From positions 1-35,223 of the forward strand of contig CAVJBM010000103.1 of assembly GCA_963647775.1 (NCBI GenBank): a stretch of 35,223 nucleotides of DNA, read 5' to 3'. The notes under the pieces were generated by a model that worked only from the letters and a program-made list of their open reading frames with translations, ran no database searches and was not told the origin of the DNA. Made by a program: the position numbers and the translations under genes. The DNA comes from Anaerovibrio sp. Its GTDB lineage: Bacteria; Bacillota; Clostridia; Oscillospirales; Oscillospiraceae. This document shows positions 34,908 to 35,223 of this stretch, piece by piece (positions within the stretch are counted from its first letter, which is position 1; every line of letters starts with the position of its first letter).

Positions 34908-35153
34908 CGCCGTAAGGACGTCGGCCTCCTTTTTTGAACTATGCCGACGGACTCTGCGGAAAAGGGCTCCCGACGGAGCCCAGCGAAGCGGGTCCGTTGG
35001 GAAGAGGAGGAGCAAGGGAGCGGGCGCAGCTTTTGCCAAAGGCGGAAGCGGAGCAGAGCGGACTTTGCGACGACGATATGCAGGAGCAGGGCGTGACCCG
35101 GCTGCTGACCATCAACCTGAACGACGTGGAGAAGGAACTGAACATCAAGTGAC
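34833..35153 (+). repeat. 76-bp direct repeat of the smc 3' end (34833-34908 and 35078-35153; 73/76 identical)
   Basis: Both copies read atgcaggagcagggcgtgacccggctgctgaccatcaacctgaacgacgtggagaagga..tg.acatcaagtgac. They differ at GAG/GAA, TTG/CTG and CAC/AAC. Confidence 0.95.
34909..35077. mobile_element. Small non-coding structured insertion element between the duplicated smc ends
   Basis: Flanked by the 76-bp duplication. Contains antisense and sense copies of smc sequence and several hairpins. Encodes no transposase. Confidence 0.55.
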
Positions 35154-35197
35154 ATCGCCCGCCCCACGATCATCAACGATACAAAGAGGAATGAAAC

Positions 35198-35223
35198 ATG
35201 GGCTTTTTTGACAAAGTAAAGAA
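35198..35223 (+). CDS. ftsY: Signal recognition particle receptor FtsY, N-terminus (partial)
   Basis: RBS AGAGGA, then MGFFDKVK; conserved smc-ftsY order. Confidence 0.75.

Noticed and set aside
34934..35152. 72-aa ORF ending in the duplicated SMC C-terminus
   Set aside because: TTG start with no RBS, and it runs through the structured element. Not called as a gene; the frame continuity is recorded as a finding.
34833..35153. CRISPR array, DGR TR/VR pair or prophage att sites
   Set aside because: Only two repeat copies, both gene-derived; the mismatches are not adenine-only; no cas, RT or integrase gene in the window.

Overview
A GC-rich chromosomal core region from a Clostridia-type Firmicute, probably Oscillospiraceae (Flavonifractor/Pseudoflavonifractor-like); this is inferred from gene order and composition. 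Left to right: der 3' end-plsY-gpsA; rpmB (-); murB-rapZ-yvcK-[310-bp structured insert]-whiA-dnaE-cls; a minus-strand accessory operon (FadR/GntR regulator, molybdopterin oxidoreductase with no Tat signal, DmsB-like Fe-S subunit, TorD-AsrA fusion, AsrB, and no AsrC or membrane anchor); GT4-CsaB plus a glycosyltransferase (-); a PAP2 phosphatase; tcdA, a PrsA/SurA-like foldase, 6S RNA and DUF1292 (all -); a class A PBP; thrR-hom-lysC; smc; and the ftsY start. Two things stand out. (1) A 245-bp element at the smc 3' end duplicates the last 76 bp of smc. It also carries a 27-nt antisense copy and a degenerate sense copy of the smc sequence just upstream of the junction, next to a hairpin-rich core. 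This looks like a target-programmed gene-end insertion or swap device. (2) The operon appears to encode a soluble NAD(P)H-coupled molybdoenzyme complex built from AsrAB electron-transfer parts.
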